From contig CAVWVI010000002.1 of the NCBI GenBank assembly GCA_963758495.1, positions 1 to 64,000 on the forward strand: 64,000 bases of DNA, written 5' to 3'. The translations under genes were made by a program, and so were the position numbers. The first letter of the stretch is position 1. The number at the start of each line of letters is the position of its first letter. Origin of the DNA: Oligoflexia bacterium (lineage in GTDB: Bacteria; Bdellovibrionota; UBA1018). Below are positions 9,501 to 17,026 of the stretch, piece after piece. Below the pieces are notes generated by a model that did not search any database, was not told where the DNA came from, and saw nothing but the letters and a program-made list of their open reading frames with translations.

Positions 9501-11256
9501 TTTCCAATCTGTTGGCGATATGAATGGCAATGATTATGATATTCAGTTATTGAACTGGTTTTCTGTTGATTATACGCACAACTGGACTGCGGATAATGAT
9601 TTGGCAGATGTCATTTCTAGTCAACCGGGAGTGGCTTATCAAGTTTCAGGATTTTCTAATAACGATGTGGTTGCTTATGATGTAACAGATTATACTGCGA
9701 CTGCAATGCTGAGTAATTTAAATATTTTGCCTGATGGGTCTGGTGGATACTCTGCTGGCTATTCAACTACGGCAAATAACTCACAATATGGACATCATAT
9801 CTATTTAACACGAACAAGTGCGATCCCCTTGCCACAAAGTATAGAATTAAATGCCGGCAGTAATCTTTCCAGTACAGCACAAGGTGCGGATGTCATTTAT
9901 ATTGGAACTTCAGATCTTTTAGATGCTGTTGAGCCTCTTGCGAATTTACGGGCGCAACAAGGATTTCGAGTCCAGCTAGTTGATGTTGAAGATATTTATT
10001 CAGAGTTTGGGCAAGGTTTGAGAGATGCTCAAGTAGTAAAGAATTTTATCCAATATGCAGTTGCAAACTGGACGCCTCCTTCTCCTTCCTATATTGTACT
10101 GGTAGGTGATGGGACAGATGATCCAAGAAATGATTTAAATTATGGAGTATCTGGAACAGTTCCAATTTACATGATGGTTGGATCTGCAGTGGATTTTGCG
10201 AGTGATAATTGGTTTGTTTCTTGGGATCCAAATGACAACCTTCCTAATTTAAGCATTGGACGTATTCCAGGTAATACTCCAGATAAAATTGATGCCTATG
10301 TTACAAAGGTTTTAAATTATGAAAGTAATAGCGCTCGGCCCGCAGGGGCGGCGGCTGGGAATATCACTCTTGTTGCTGATATAGATCAAGATGGTGGGGA
10401 AAATTTTGTTCCTAGAGCCGATGCCTTGGCGTCTCAAATCACTTCTTTGAATAGTTCTCTTGCTCCTACTAAATTATACCGAACTCTACTCACGGATCCT
10501 CAACTGAAACAAGGAATTAATAATGCATTTAATTCAGGCTCAATCATCATTCATTACATCGGGCATGGTGCTGAAAATATGTGGGCTGGCAGTACAGTAT
10601 TTACAAATGCGGATGCAGATTTATTACAAAATACACGCCTTCCTGTTGTCATCGCAATGGATTGTCTCAATGCGGCGTTCTTTTATGCGGATCCTGGCTT
10701 TCAAACCTTATCGGATCGTTTATTATTTAATGCAAACGGGGGTGCGATTGCATTTTGGGGATCTACGTCATTAACTAGTCCTCAAATGCAGGCTCCTTAC
10801 CAAACGGCTCTTTATCAAATCATTGCATCACAGCCTGGAGGGATTCGATTGGGAGATGCGGTTCGGTTAGCAAAAATTCAAGGAGGCTGGGATCCTTACA
10901 AAGGTGAAGCTGTCGAATCATGGACGCTGCTAGGGGACCCGATGCTCAAAATGATTTTACCTGGCGTGGCTACTGCGGCGACTTCAACAGTAGTATTTAC
11001 ACCTCCATCTCAGGGCCCACAATCTGGAACATCTTCTGACAATTCAAATCAAAGCAGTGGCGGAGGAAGTGGCGGAGGTGGTGGTTTCCTGGGCTGTGGC
11101 ACTGTAGATTGGGATAAAAATGATTCGAATGGTCGGGGAGGCGGCGGCGGATTACCCCCTACTGGTGCAACAGCAGAAATGGGTATTCTTATCTTAATGC
11201 TCTATTTCAGTAGACGATTCGTTTCATTGCCTCAAGAAAAGTGGATGCATTTTTAA
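3595..11256 (+). CDS. Giant secreted/surface protein: repetitive T/S/G/N-rich beta-strand passenger, C25 propeptide, C25 (gingipain-family) cysteine peptidase and C-terminal sorting tail
   Basis: Signal peptide; three WTG...W...NW repeats; PVSLTSFTA domain; GQPELP propeptide-like motif; YIVLVGDG, SDNWF, SIGRIP, HYIGHG (His2324), AMDCLN (Cys2357) and WTLLGDP C25 motifs; Gly-rich linker, GCG, hydrophobic helix, RR. Confidence 0.85.
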   Translation: MKFITHFVFISAVILFAHLPAQAGCGTQTYTWTGGGGNTNWTRTSNWSPVGYPGQVANTSALINSASKVPAYPANNLSLACLEVSSGSLTLTPGSAETLTITGDYFMNLNVGSITTNSNLTINMNGTTPQSFENVDSIDNLTISNPSTVDLTQTFSITTALTINSTAGTIYIDGTVSVPNNFTIPANTTVEIRNGGTLVTYGNVTITGVLRVDGGGKFNPAGSSTVTVSTVGSLLLEGSSGNLAVMDSFGGIDYGLIVNGSLTANYFTIARCRNVTPGVDVFGTILGLSNGEFHYSVNESLTLENGATSIGTWNNVGFFDDKSTGIIAVNATNYDLESNPGIINVTNYSGVSATNDTKNVIRFGAAAPIALQVVNASINPPSSPVGANVNQVFGAFGFSLSNSGTSTAINSITVTLDGVNSASDVSNVSLYYNTTGDCYSGGMGGPSWSGTFSGNPATAIIPITPNTVVLSNNTKQCLQVYFTTSAGAINGDTIGAKIAASADVVNSQGYAYSISSSPPVSLGLATITGSSLNKWTGATSGAWATTSNWSNGVVPTSTTDCQVGAGTNIPLFSATTTINCQNALLVSGGSMNFGNKAVTFDVSSSISVASGYSLLNSGSSTLVFNGSSLESSDFNGGTWGGNVTINNAAGVTAHSNWTIGGNLTISAGTLTVASGQTLIIEGNSLTISGTGAGLTLMPGATLEFTNASSPVLTVGSGGTLTLVGTANQLAYVTSDSTSHPYTVNFTGTSNIAAQYYSFSNLGAAGVTLGASTTINTTNALSNGTFIYPVANNTTFLTLNQKVPGNVLTGMTFDSGGSTATGVLAVKATSSVPTPAATLQLSGYVGDLTGSSHSSNTGSNYTISWGTSSNQLEISQQVSTTPASVSRGATVTMGEWGIQELQASSTATNITSITVTMTGTDTGADVSSVQLYQDTACNGTVGTQLGSSQTFSGTPATAAFSGLSYTVPASGANVCIIAQYTIASTAAAGTIGASINAAGDVVNSQGYTFYSANAPPVTLGSPGGVTGTSTTWTGGALTTNWATSENWNAGVPTAATDCVINATSFSPTIASGTNALCNHLTIASGAALTSASGSTLTVSADITNNGTFNQNSTVTLYGNLFNNGTFNSQNTNALTFAESGTSTTQAIGGTSALTIGSLAFNKTLGGGIVQISNPSVTVTTLTMSGSMELDVLGAAVLILPNGVSIPANNNFQLEQNSILEMGSGKTITVAGGTFTVNGAQSLYPTQTYANSGVVTNTGGTGTWTLSATSGTVNLTGWIFDYVGTGGITLGNGTSSVTISNLGYGQFSHLPSTFTSTALTINTSGTVPTSVSNIGWNWTTATPGINSVNSTAVNPPPAPTSQGSGYILLKAETCSSTISISNWFGDWYQGVNQPPPNYVTSSSGSCVVSMTTALSPVSLTSFTATPYNGSAVLNWTTGLESQNLGFNVYRSLSPSDGFVQINSELIRNLVVASTIHGIYQFYDNGISNNITYYYEIEDIAVNGTRTLHGPLSVTPSATLSSAPPPNTAAIVQSNSDNPVPAPSPTNTFSPGIQQVSNGVSILAKSAHTFRLEINVPAFTTAAAEVAPYLRMSIPGYSLSTITGQPELPQQVVMVEIPAAQTAAYTIISQNQSSQSGIQIAPVDKWTASAGAMVPSWFLDSAFYAVDALLPANTVSLGTITQSQGKYYLPVIVQPISYDPVQHTIRATSQIVMDISLDGDASWHPVNPNPAGGVWGQEDGLKITVNQAGVYQLSFGDFVNAGVDGAFQGKDLTRFKLYSQNSEIPLNVTSSVNGGAFGAGDSFQFYAPFFDTGESHFNTLMLIADSPSSALGLRMSSLNSGPSGASLTSAPGYVKISRVEQNTLENLGSPYEEGVDHIFWAQIYASPTDQSQGTFATSIQLPELMQTGTVTLQAFMAGSYGYYTQETFHHLRIWVNSSTVPQGDVVFFGNSSYNAVVNIPANVFVPGSNLITFQSVGDMNGNDYDIQLLNWFSVDYTHNWTADNDLADVISSQPGVAYQVSGFSNNDVVAYDVTDYTATAMLSNLNILPDGSGGYSAGYSTTANNSQYGHHIYLTRTSAIPLPQSIELNAGSNLSSTAQGADVIYIGTSDLLDAVEPLANLRAQQGFRVQLVDVEDIYSEFGQGLRDAQVVKNFIQYAVANWTPPSPSYIVLVGDGTDDPRNDLNYGVSGTVPIYMMVGSAVDFASDNWFVSWDPNDNLPNLSIGRIPGNTPDKIDAYVTKVLNYESNSARPAGAAAGNITLVADIDQDGGENFVPRADALASQITSLNSSLAPTKLYRTLLTDPQLKQGINNAFNSGSIIIHYIGHGAENMWAGSTVFTNADADLLQNTRLPVVIAMDCLNAAFFYADPGFQTLSDRLLFNANGGAIAFWGSTSLTSPQMQAPYQTALYQIIASQPGGIRLGDAVRLAKIQGGWDPYKGEAVESWTLLGDPMLKMILPGVATAATSTVVFTPPSQGPQSGTSSDNSNQSSGGGSGGGGGFLGCGTVDWDKNDSNGRGGGGGLPPTGATAEMGILILMLYFSRRFVSLPQEKWMHF

Positions 11257-11682
11257 ATAAAGTTGTCTGAATTGAAGCAATGATCTCAATATGAGTCGAG
11301 CTATTTTAGATTTTAAGTGTTCAGGTGGTATAGACCAATACGAAAATAACGCGATTGAAGCATCTACAAAGTCCGTTTGAATTTTTAGTCTTTTTTTTGA
11401 AGATGTTTTTTGCAGTGCAATAACTTTCCCCCAGATTTGTTGATCAGATAAGACTTCCCATGCTAGGGATGAATCCCCTTTGATGATCCAAGATCCAGGC
11501 ACTTCTTTGCTTCGCCTGAGCACACGATGAACTGTCCAATCTTTCAAATCAGTCCTTCCCAGTATCAGATCTCCGGACTTGATTTGGGGTAGGTCCTGGA
11601 TATTCAACCATTGGACTGCAACCCGATCGTGCGGCGCGATCAGAGGGTGCATGCTCATGCCTTCTACCTGTATCCATTCCAA
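11224..11682 (-). CDS. S24/S26-family peptidase (signal-peptidase-like, Ser/His type)
   Basis: VEGMSMHP (catalytic Ser), VHRV and IIKGD motifs; TTG start; no N-terminal TM anchor. Confidence 0.8.
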   Translation of the reverse strand: MEWIQVEGMSMHPLIAPHDRVAVQWLNIQDLPQIKSGDLILGRTDLKDWTVHRVLRRSKEVPGSWIIKGDSSLAWEVLSDQQIWGKVIALQKTSSKKRLKIQTDFVDASIALFSYWSIPPEHLKSKIARLILRSLLQFRQLYLKMHPLFLRQ

Positions 11683-11702
11683 AGTCTGACCTCGAGGGTG
11701 AG

Positions 11703-11861
11703 TTAAGATTTCAAGCGACTCGCATTACAAGTGGGGACACTTGCTTTTCTCCCACCCGTAGAGACGCCATTGCAGAGTGCCGCTATTGCAGTCAATTCTT
11801 CGGATTTAAGTGATGGTTTTTCGTATTTTAATTTATTTTTTTTTGATTTATTCCGGTCCAT
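11703..11861 (-). CDS. Putative RiPP precursor peptide, 52 aa: MDRNKSKKNKLKYEKPSLKSEELTAIAALCNGVSTGGRKASVPTCNASRLKS
   Basis: ATG at 11861 preceded by an AAAAAGGA SD; YEKPSL matches the YxxPxL RRE-binding leader motif; lies between the kinase and peptidase genes. Confidence 0.8.
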   Translation of the reverse strand: MDRNKSKKNKLKYEKPSLKSEELTAIAALCNGVSTGGRKASVPTCNASRLKS

Positions 11862-11881
11862 TGAGTGGTTCCTTTTTCTAT

Positions 11882-12775
11882 TTATAGTGTATCGTTCAAT
11901 ACCATTGGCCAAAAGTCTGAGTTTTTTTTGAAATGGAGATTTTTGAAAGAACACGGAGCAGATGCGAACAAAGCTGCAAGATTGAATCGTGCTTCTACTT
12001 CGTTATCCCATTGATCAGTCATAGCGCTTGCTAAAAGACTAAAAACTTTTTGTGATAATGGAACTGATTTAAGGGAGTGCTTTATATCTTGTTTTAATGG
12101 GTAAATTCCCGCTAGAGGGGCACTGATATTAGGAGGAGAAAATCTGGAATACCCACACCCTAATGGAGCAGCATGTACTTCCGCACTTTGAGTGATGGGA
12201 TTGAAATGCACTATAACGGCATCATCTCCCAATAAAAGTGCATTCGAATCAGCCTTAGAAATCATTTCCACTGTTGTCGATTTTCCCGCACCACTCTGGC
12301 CAAAAAAAACATATCCAAAGCCATCCCGAATCACTGCGGCACCGTGAAGTAGAAAAGAAAAATTCTCTAAGAGCATATTTGGGATAAACCAGCGTAGGCA
12401 ATTATGTATAGCGTCGTCAAGGTTGGGTGCTAGCATCGCAATAGCGCGATTGCCCGTCCGTTTTGCGGCAAAGTCTCGTTGAATTACGGTATGATCTCTG
12501 ATTTCAAATTCTGGATCAGGGTCCTCCCAAATAAAAGATAAAGCTCCCGTAGGTGAATAGGGGGTAGCAAAGATTTCTCCATGATTGGATATTTGGGAAT
12601 CAGCAGAGATTAAGTAGTTTTCGAAAAGCCGGTGAATATGATCTGTTAATTCATTAGAATAAGTGACCCAATCGATTCGAATCCCCGCAATCTTTATTGG
12701 AATTCTAGTTCCTTGAGTCTCAAACTCTCTATGGGAAATTGCATTGAGTAGGAATTTACGCCGATCAATAGACAA
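11882..12775 (-). CDS. HprK-related P-loop kinase (RiPP-cluster/ScmC-like type)
   Basis: LLHGAAV...FFGQSGAGKST (HprK His plus Walker A) and LLGDD motifs; TTG start with GGAGGGAG SD. Confidence 0.8.
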   Translation of the reverse strand: MSIDRRKFLLNAISHREFETQGTRIPIKIAGIRIDWVTYSNELTDHIHRLFENYLISADSQISNHGEIFATPYSPTGALSFIWEDPDPEFEIRDHTVIQRDFAAKRTGNRAIAMLAPNLDDAIHNCLRWFIPNMLLENFSFLLHGAAVIRDGFGYVFFGQSGAGKSTTVEMISKADSNALLLGDDAVIVHFNPITQSAEVHAAPLGCGYSRFSPPNISAPLAGIYPLKQDIKHSLKSVPLSQKVFSLLASAMTDQWDNEVEARFNLAALFASAPCSFKNLHFKKNSDFWPMVLNDTL

Positions 12776-12885
12776 AAAAGACTCCCTCCAGTGTTCAAAT
12801 AAACATATGACTCGATTATAACCTTAAACGACCAACAAACAAGTTCCTGTTGCTATATGTTTATAAAGTTGATTTACTTACTAAA

Positions 12886-13161
12886 ATGAATCTAATTCAA
12901 TCGATAAAACCGACTCGAAGAGACAAGCTTCCTTGGCGTGAAATGGATGGCAGGGCAGTGATTATTGACCCTAAAAAAGGCAAAGTTCATGAATTGAATC
13001 CAGCGGCTACTTTGATTTGGAAAACTGCTGATGGAAGTCGATCTTTGCAGGAAATTGCAGAACTTATGGAAAACGAGTTTGAGATATCGTTAGAACAAGC
13101 ATTAGCTGATGCAGTCGAATTCCTTGCAGTGCTTAAGACACATCATTTGATGATTGAGTAG
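12886..13161 (+). CDS. PqqD-family RiPP recognition element (RRE)
   Basis: HELNPAATLIWKTADGSRSLQEIAELM...ALADAVEFLAVLKTHHL PqqD signature; ~91 aa. Confidence 0.9.
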   Translation: MNLIQSIKPTRRDKLPWREMDGRAVIIDPKKGKVHELNPAATLIWKTADGSRSLQEIAELMENEFEISLEQALADAVEFLAVLKTHHLMIE

Positions 13162-13181
13162 GAAAGGGTGACTTTCTCACT

Positions 13182-14210
13182 ATGTCTATTTTATCCCGTT
13201 ATCGAGAATGGTCTTCATCCAGTCTAGTTCCCTTGAATACAACTATTGAGCTAACCTATCGATGTAATGAACGTTGCAGTCATTGTTATTTAGCGACCTA
13301 TGATGATAATGCGGATGGTCGTCCTCCATTGAAATTGGTAGAGTGGAAAAAAATATTGGATCAAATTGCTGATGCCGGTGGTTTAATGCTGACTCTAATT
13401 GGAGGCGAAGCAATGATGCATCCACAGTTTTGGGACATTAGTGAGTATGCAGCGGAAAAAAATTTCGCACTGATTCTTATTACGAATGGTTTATTAATCA
13501 ATCCACCCGTAGCGGAAAAAATGGCTCAATTAGGATTCTATCAAGTAGCGATTAGTATTTACTCCTTCTATCCAGAAATCCACGATAAAATGACCCAGCG
13601 CAAGGGATCTCATGCTAAAACAATCCGGGCTATAGAATTGCTTCATGAGCGTGGAATTGACATAAAACTGAATTGTTTACTGACGCAAGATAATATTGAT
13701 ACTTGTTTTGATTTAGAGAATTGGGCAGTGGAGCGTCAATTGCAAGTCCAATTTGACCCTATGGTCACTCCCAAAACAGACGGGTCTTTGGATTCCACTC
13801 TCAAGCGTGCGACCCCTGAGCAATTATTTCATTATTATTCACAATTGAAAAATAAGGGGAGGGGGCCTGCTCCCATCGATTCAGGCACTCCAGAGGATCC
13901 AGTTTGTAATGCCGGAAGAGGAAAATGCGCAGTGAATGCCTATGGTGATTTACTGACCTGCTTAGAAATTCGTAAATCACTCGGAAACTTAAGAGAATAT
14001 TCATTTAATGATCTTTGGCATTCTGCAAATGCCGAGGCAATTCGTGCGTACCGTAATATGGATCTTAAGTTTGAGAGTCAATGTGGAGATGGATCTTTTT
14101 GTGACCATTGTCCAGGAATGGCCGGAGCGGAAGTAGGAGACCCAATGGCTCCTGTGCCCTATTTGATGGAACTTGCGCAGATTAAACGTCGAGTTTTCGA
14201 AAGAAATTAA
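13182..14210 (+). CDS. Radical SAM/SPASM-domain peptide maturase
   Basis: CNERCSHC (CxxxCxxC), GGEA, ITNG; SPASM-like CNAG...GDLLTC...GNL...CGDGSFCDHCPG. Confidence 0.9.
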   Translation: MSILSRYREWSSSSLVPLNTTIELTYRCNERCSHCYLATYDDNADGRPPLKLVEWKKILDQIADAGGLMLTLIGGEAMMHPQFWDISEYAAEKNFALILITNGLLINPPVAEKMAQLGFYQVAISIYSFYPEIHDKMTQRKGSHAKTIRAIELLHERGIDIKLNCLLTQDNIDTCFDLENWAVERQLQVQFDPMVTPKTDGSLDSTLKRATPEQLFHYYSQLKNKGRGPAPIDSGTPEDPVCNAGRGKCAVNAYGDLLTCLEIRKSLGNLREYSFNDLWHSANAEAIRAYRNMDLKFESQCGDGSFCDHCPGMAGAEVGDPMAPVPYLMELAQIKRRVFERN

Positions 14211-14218
14211 TCCCTAAA

Positions 14219-15253
14219 ATGAGACTTCATTTATTTGTGCTGCAGCTACTCAATGTAGAATCATTTAATTCAGATTTAACCTTCGAGAGCAAGTTAGAGG
14301 TTCAAAGTGGAACAGTGGAGGAGTGGACTGATGCCTATGATTTTGCAGTAGCACTTCATGCTGCTCTGCCTTTTCTTACGACGCTTCGTAAAACCTCCGT
14401 CTGGGAGCAGTTGCCGGATCGAGTGAAAATAAATTTTGAAAAAAATTTAACAAAAGAGCGAATGATTTTATGTTTACTTGCAGAAGAGTTGCAGTTCTCA
14501 GTCCAGTTATTAGCTCAAAATAAAGTTCCCGTAATTGTTTTAAAGGGAATGGATCTTTCGCATAGATTCTATCCCGATAAAATGCTGCGCCCAATGACAG
14601 ATGTAGATCTTTTAGTGAAAGAAGAAAGCTTTAAAAAAGCAGTTCAAGTGCTTTTAAAGGCTGGGTATAAAATTATTGGAAAGCAACGGAATGATCGCTA
14701 CCGGATTGAAATGTCCCGTTTTGAAGATGGCCTGGCAGTTGAACTTCATTCGAGGCTTCTTTTGTCTGACGAAAAATCTGATTTAATTCAATATTGGGAG
14801 CAATCTGTCCCTCACCCTCTTTCTGGATTTCATCAAGATGTCAGAGTTTTATCAAGTCAGGATCTTCTGGTTTATTTAATTCGGCACGCTACAGTGCAGC
14901 ACCGACTGGAATCTCCCATTTGGTTAAATGATATTTATTATCTACTTCAGGCTATAATAAAAAATGAGGTTTATTTTGATTGGGATCTATTTTTAAAGGA
15001 AGTTACAAAAAGGAAGATAGTTTCCGCTAGTTGGTTTACATTATCCTTGCTTCCTTGTGAGTTGGTTCCAGTGTATGTATTAAAATCATTACATAAAAAA
15101 ATGGGATACATTCGTTTTCAATTTCTTCGTGCGCAAGTGAACTGGGTAAATTGGTTTTTAACGCGACGTATTTCAAAATTAGAAATTTTTAAGATTAGGT
15201 TTTTACTGAGAGATAATTCCTTCCAATTCGCACACTACTTGAAAAGTAGATAG
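14219..15253 (+). CDS. Nucleotidyltransferase (NTP_transf_5-like, RiPP/lasso-cluster type)
   Basis: IVLKG...YP...RPMTDVDLLV, VELHSRL and WLNDI motifs. Confidence 0.85.
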   Translation: MRLHLFVLQLLNVESFNSDLTFESKLEVQSGTVEEWTDAYDFAVALHAALPFLTTLRKTSVWEQLPDRVKINFEKNLTKERMILCLLAEELQFSVQLLAQNKVPVIVLKGMDLSHRFYPDKMLRPMTDVDLLVKEESFKKAVQVLLKAGYKIIGKQRNDRYRIEMSRFEDGLAVELHSRLLLSDEKSDLIQYWEQSVPHPLSGFHQDVRVLSSQDLLVYLIRHATVQHRLESPIWLNDIYYLLQAIIKNEVYFDWDLFLKEVTKRKIVSASWFTLSLLPCELVPVYVLKSLHKKMGYIRFQFLRAQVNWVNWFLTRRISKLEIFKIRFLLRDNSFQFAHYLKSR

Positions 15254-15432
15254 CTTTAAAAAAATAAATTAAAAATATATAAATAATTTTTAATTAAAAA
15301 CCGTAAGAATACAATTGATATTTATGTTAGGCCGAAGTAAAGCTCACCACTTCGGTGTATTCAACATAAAAAATGCAGTTGGTATTTTATTAAATATGAA
15401 AAAGTAGACTAAAAACTACTCAAAGGGGGAAT

Positions 15433-17007
15433 ATGTTACTAAAATCGCTGTATAATAATATATTAAATAGATTTAATTATTTTTTAAAAATTACATTATT
15501 TTTGAATTTGGTTAGTTTAGGTGTTTTTGCTTCTTATGGGTACTCTCATGGTAAAGCGCCTGTGAAATTCAAAGATGTTAAGGGTTGGCAAAAGCTGGGA
15601 CCAACGTTTTTAGGTGGCCTCGATGCGGATGGCAATTTAATGGCAGTTTATGACTTAACGTTTCCTTCTTTGCTAGATCGGGTTCGATTGGGTGTATTGG
15701 ATTTAAGAAAAAACAATTTAGATAATGTGACTCGACGCTTACGAGATGTAAAGAACTATGGAAATCTTTCTAGGGTGGATGAAAAGAAAGTAAATGAGTC
15801 ATTGGCAACTTTAGAAAAGTTTATGACGGGACCTGCTCAAAAGAACTTATTAGAAACTGGAACTGTTTTACCCGCAGGATGGTGGAAAAGTATTCCGTGG
15901 AAACACTCTGTGATGGGGCTAAGTAATGAGGCTCCAAAACGATTCTTTCTATCAGATTTAAATGTGCCTGTAATTGCGACCGATTTTAAGCTGTTTCAAT
16001 CTCAATTAAAAAAAATAGGAGAGGGTGACCTTTTAAATCAAATTGAATTTGTGAAGTCTAATATTGGGTATCAAATTTATTTCACTCCTCAAAATACTTT
16101 AGCGATGATGGACTCAGATGTGATTTCTGAGCCTCGGAAAATTGTCGATCTACATTGTCCTAATTGTGGAATTATTACGAGTGTTGGGTACGATGCCTTG
16201 AGAGTTACTCTCAAATCCATGATGTCCTTAATTCCTGTGCCCATTGTAGCTGGGCTTGCAACCGCCGGGATTAATGAATATTTTTCTTTTAAAAGAGAAT
16301 TGATGCAAGCGCACATTGTAATGGCTTTAGAATTAATTCGTGAAGCAGAGAAAAATGAGAATGCAGATTCTCCATTTAGATCTTTAACTGATCAACAGAG
16401 AAAAGATGTCACTCATTATCTATTGTTGGCTCAATCTAGCTTAGAGTCATCAGTAAATTGGATCATTACAACTCCTGAAGCTGATTGGATTAAACAAGGA
16501 AGTAAGGATCTAGCTCAAGCCCATGATTCAGAGAATTATTTATCTCAGCGAGGGACAAAATTAGAGCTCTTGAATCCGAGATTCGCATTCGGAATGGCAC
16601 CTAATGGCCATAATAAAATCTATTCACTAGCTGCGTTTAGATATTGGAATCTGTTGTCACCGTTTGTGGCTATAGATTATTCTCATCCGTATCGGAATTT
16701 TTATGAGCGGATTGCGATAGAAACAGGCTATATTTTGATTAATTTTTTATCGCCCTTTTCCCCCTATCCAGGAGTAGGAAGTGCAGTTGCCGAAGTTTAT
16801 AAGGTTTTACTTGAGGATAGAATGCACGATGTGCAGCGCTGGGAAAGTCGACTTACTGCTCATTTGAGTGTGAGGGCTAGTTTAGGTGAAACTTGGAAAG
16901 ATGAATTAGACATTCTAGCTGTCCAAACTATCAATCCATTTGAGATCAGTCCAGAGCAGGGGCTAGAATTGGCAAATGAAAGAAGAAAGGCTTATAATCT
17001 GCCTTAG
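15433..17007 (+). CDS. Hypothetical exported/membrane protein
   Basis: 524-aa ORF with SD and N-terminal hydrophobic segment; no family recognised. Confidence 0.6.
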   Translation: MLLKSLYNNILNRFNYFLKITLFLNLVSLGVFASYGYSHGKAPVKFKDVKGWQKLGPTFLGGLDADGNLMAVYDLTFPSLLDRVRLGVLDLRKNNLDNVTRRLRDVKNYGNLSRVDEKKVNESLATLEKFMTGPAQKNLLETGTVLPAGWWKSIPWKHSVMGLSNEAPKRFFLSDLNVPVIATDFKLFQSQLKKIGEGDLLNQIEFVKSNIGYQIYFTPQNTLAMMDSDVISEPRKIVDLHCPNCGIITSVGYDALRVTLKSMMSLIPVPIVAGLATAGINEYFSFKRELMQAHIVMALELIREAEKNENADSPFRSLTDQQRKDVTHYLLLAQSSLESSVNWIITTPEADWIKQGSKDLAQAHDSENYLSQRGTKLELLNPRFAFGMAPNGHNKIYSLAAFRYWNLLSPFVAIDYSHPYRNFYERIAIETGYILINFLSPFSPYPGVGSAVAEVYKVLLEDRMHDVQRWESRLTAHLSVRASLGETWKDELDILAVQTINPFEISPEQGLELANERRKAYNLP

Positions 17008-17026
17008 CTACTTAAGAAAAGAGAGC

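Noticed and set aside
11862..11954. 83-aa N-terminally extended precursor ORF
   Set aside because: The extension overlaps the kinase gene; the SD supports the ATG at 11861
12886..14210. PQQ biosynthesis (pqqD/pqqE)
   Set aside because: No pqqB/pqqC, and the peptide lacks the PqqA ExxxY motif
11224..15253. Classical lasso peptide cluster
   Set aside because: No asparagine-synthetase-like cyclase or transglutaminase-like B2 protease, and the core lacks an Asp/Glu acceptor
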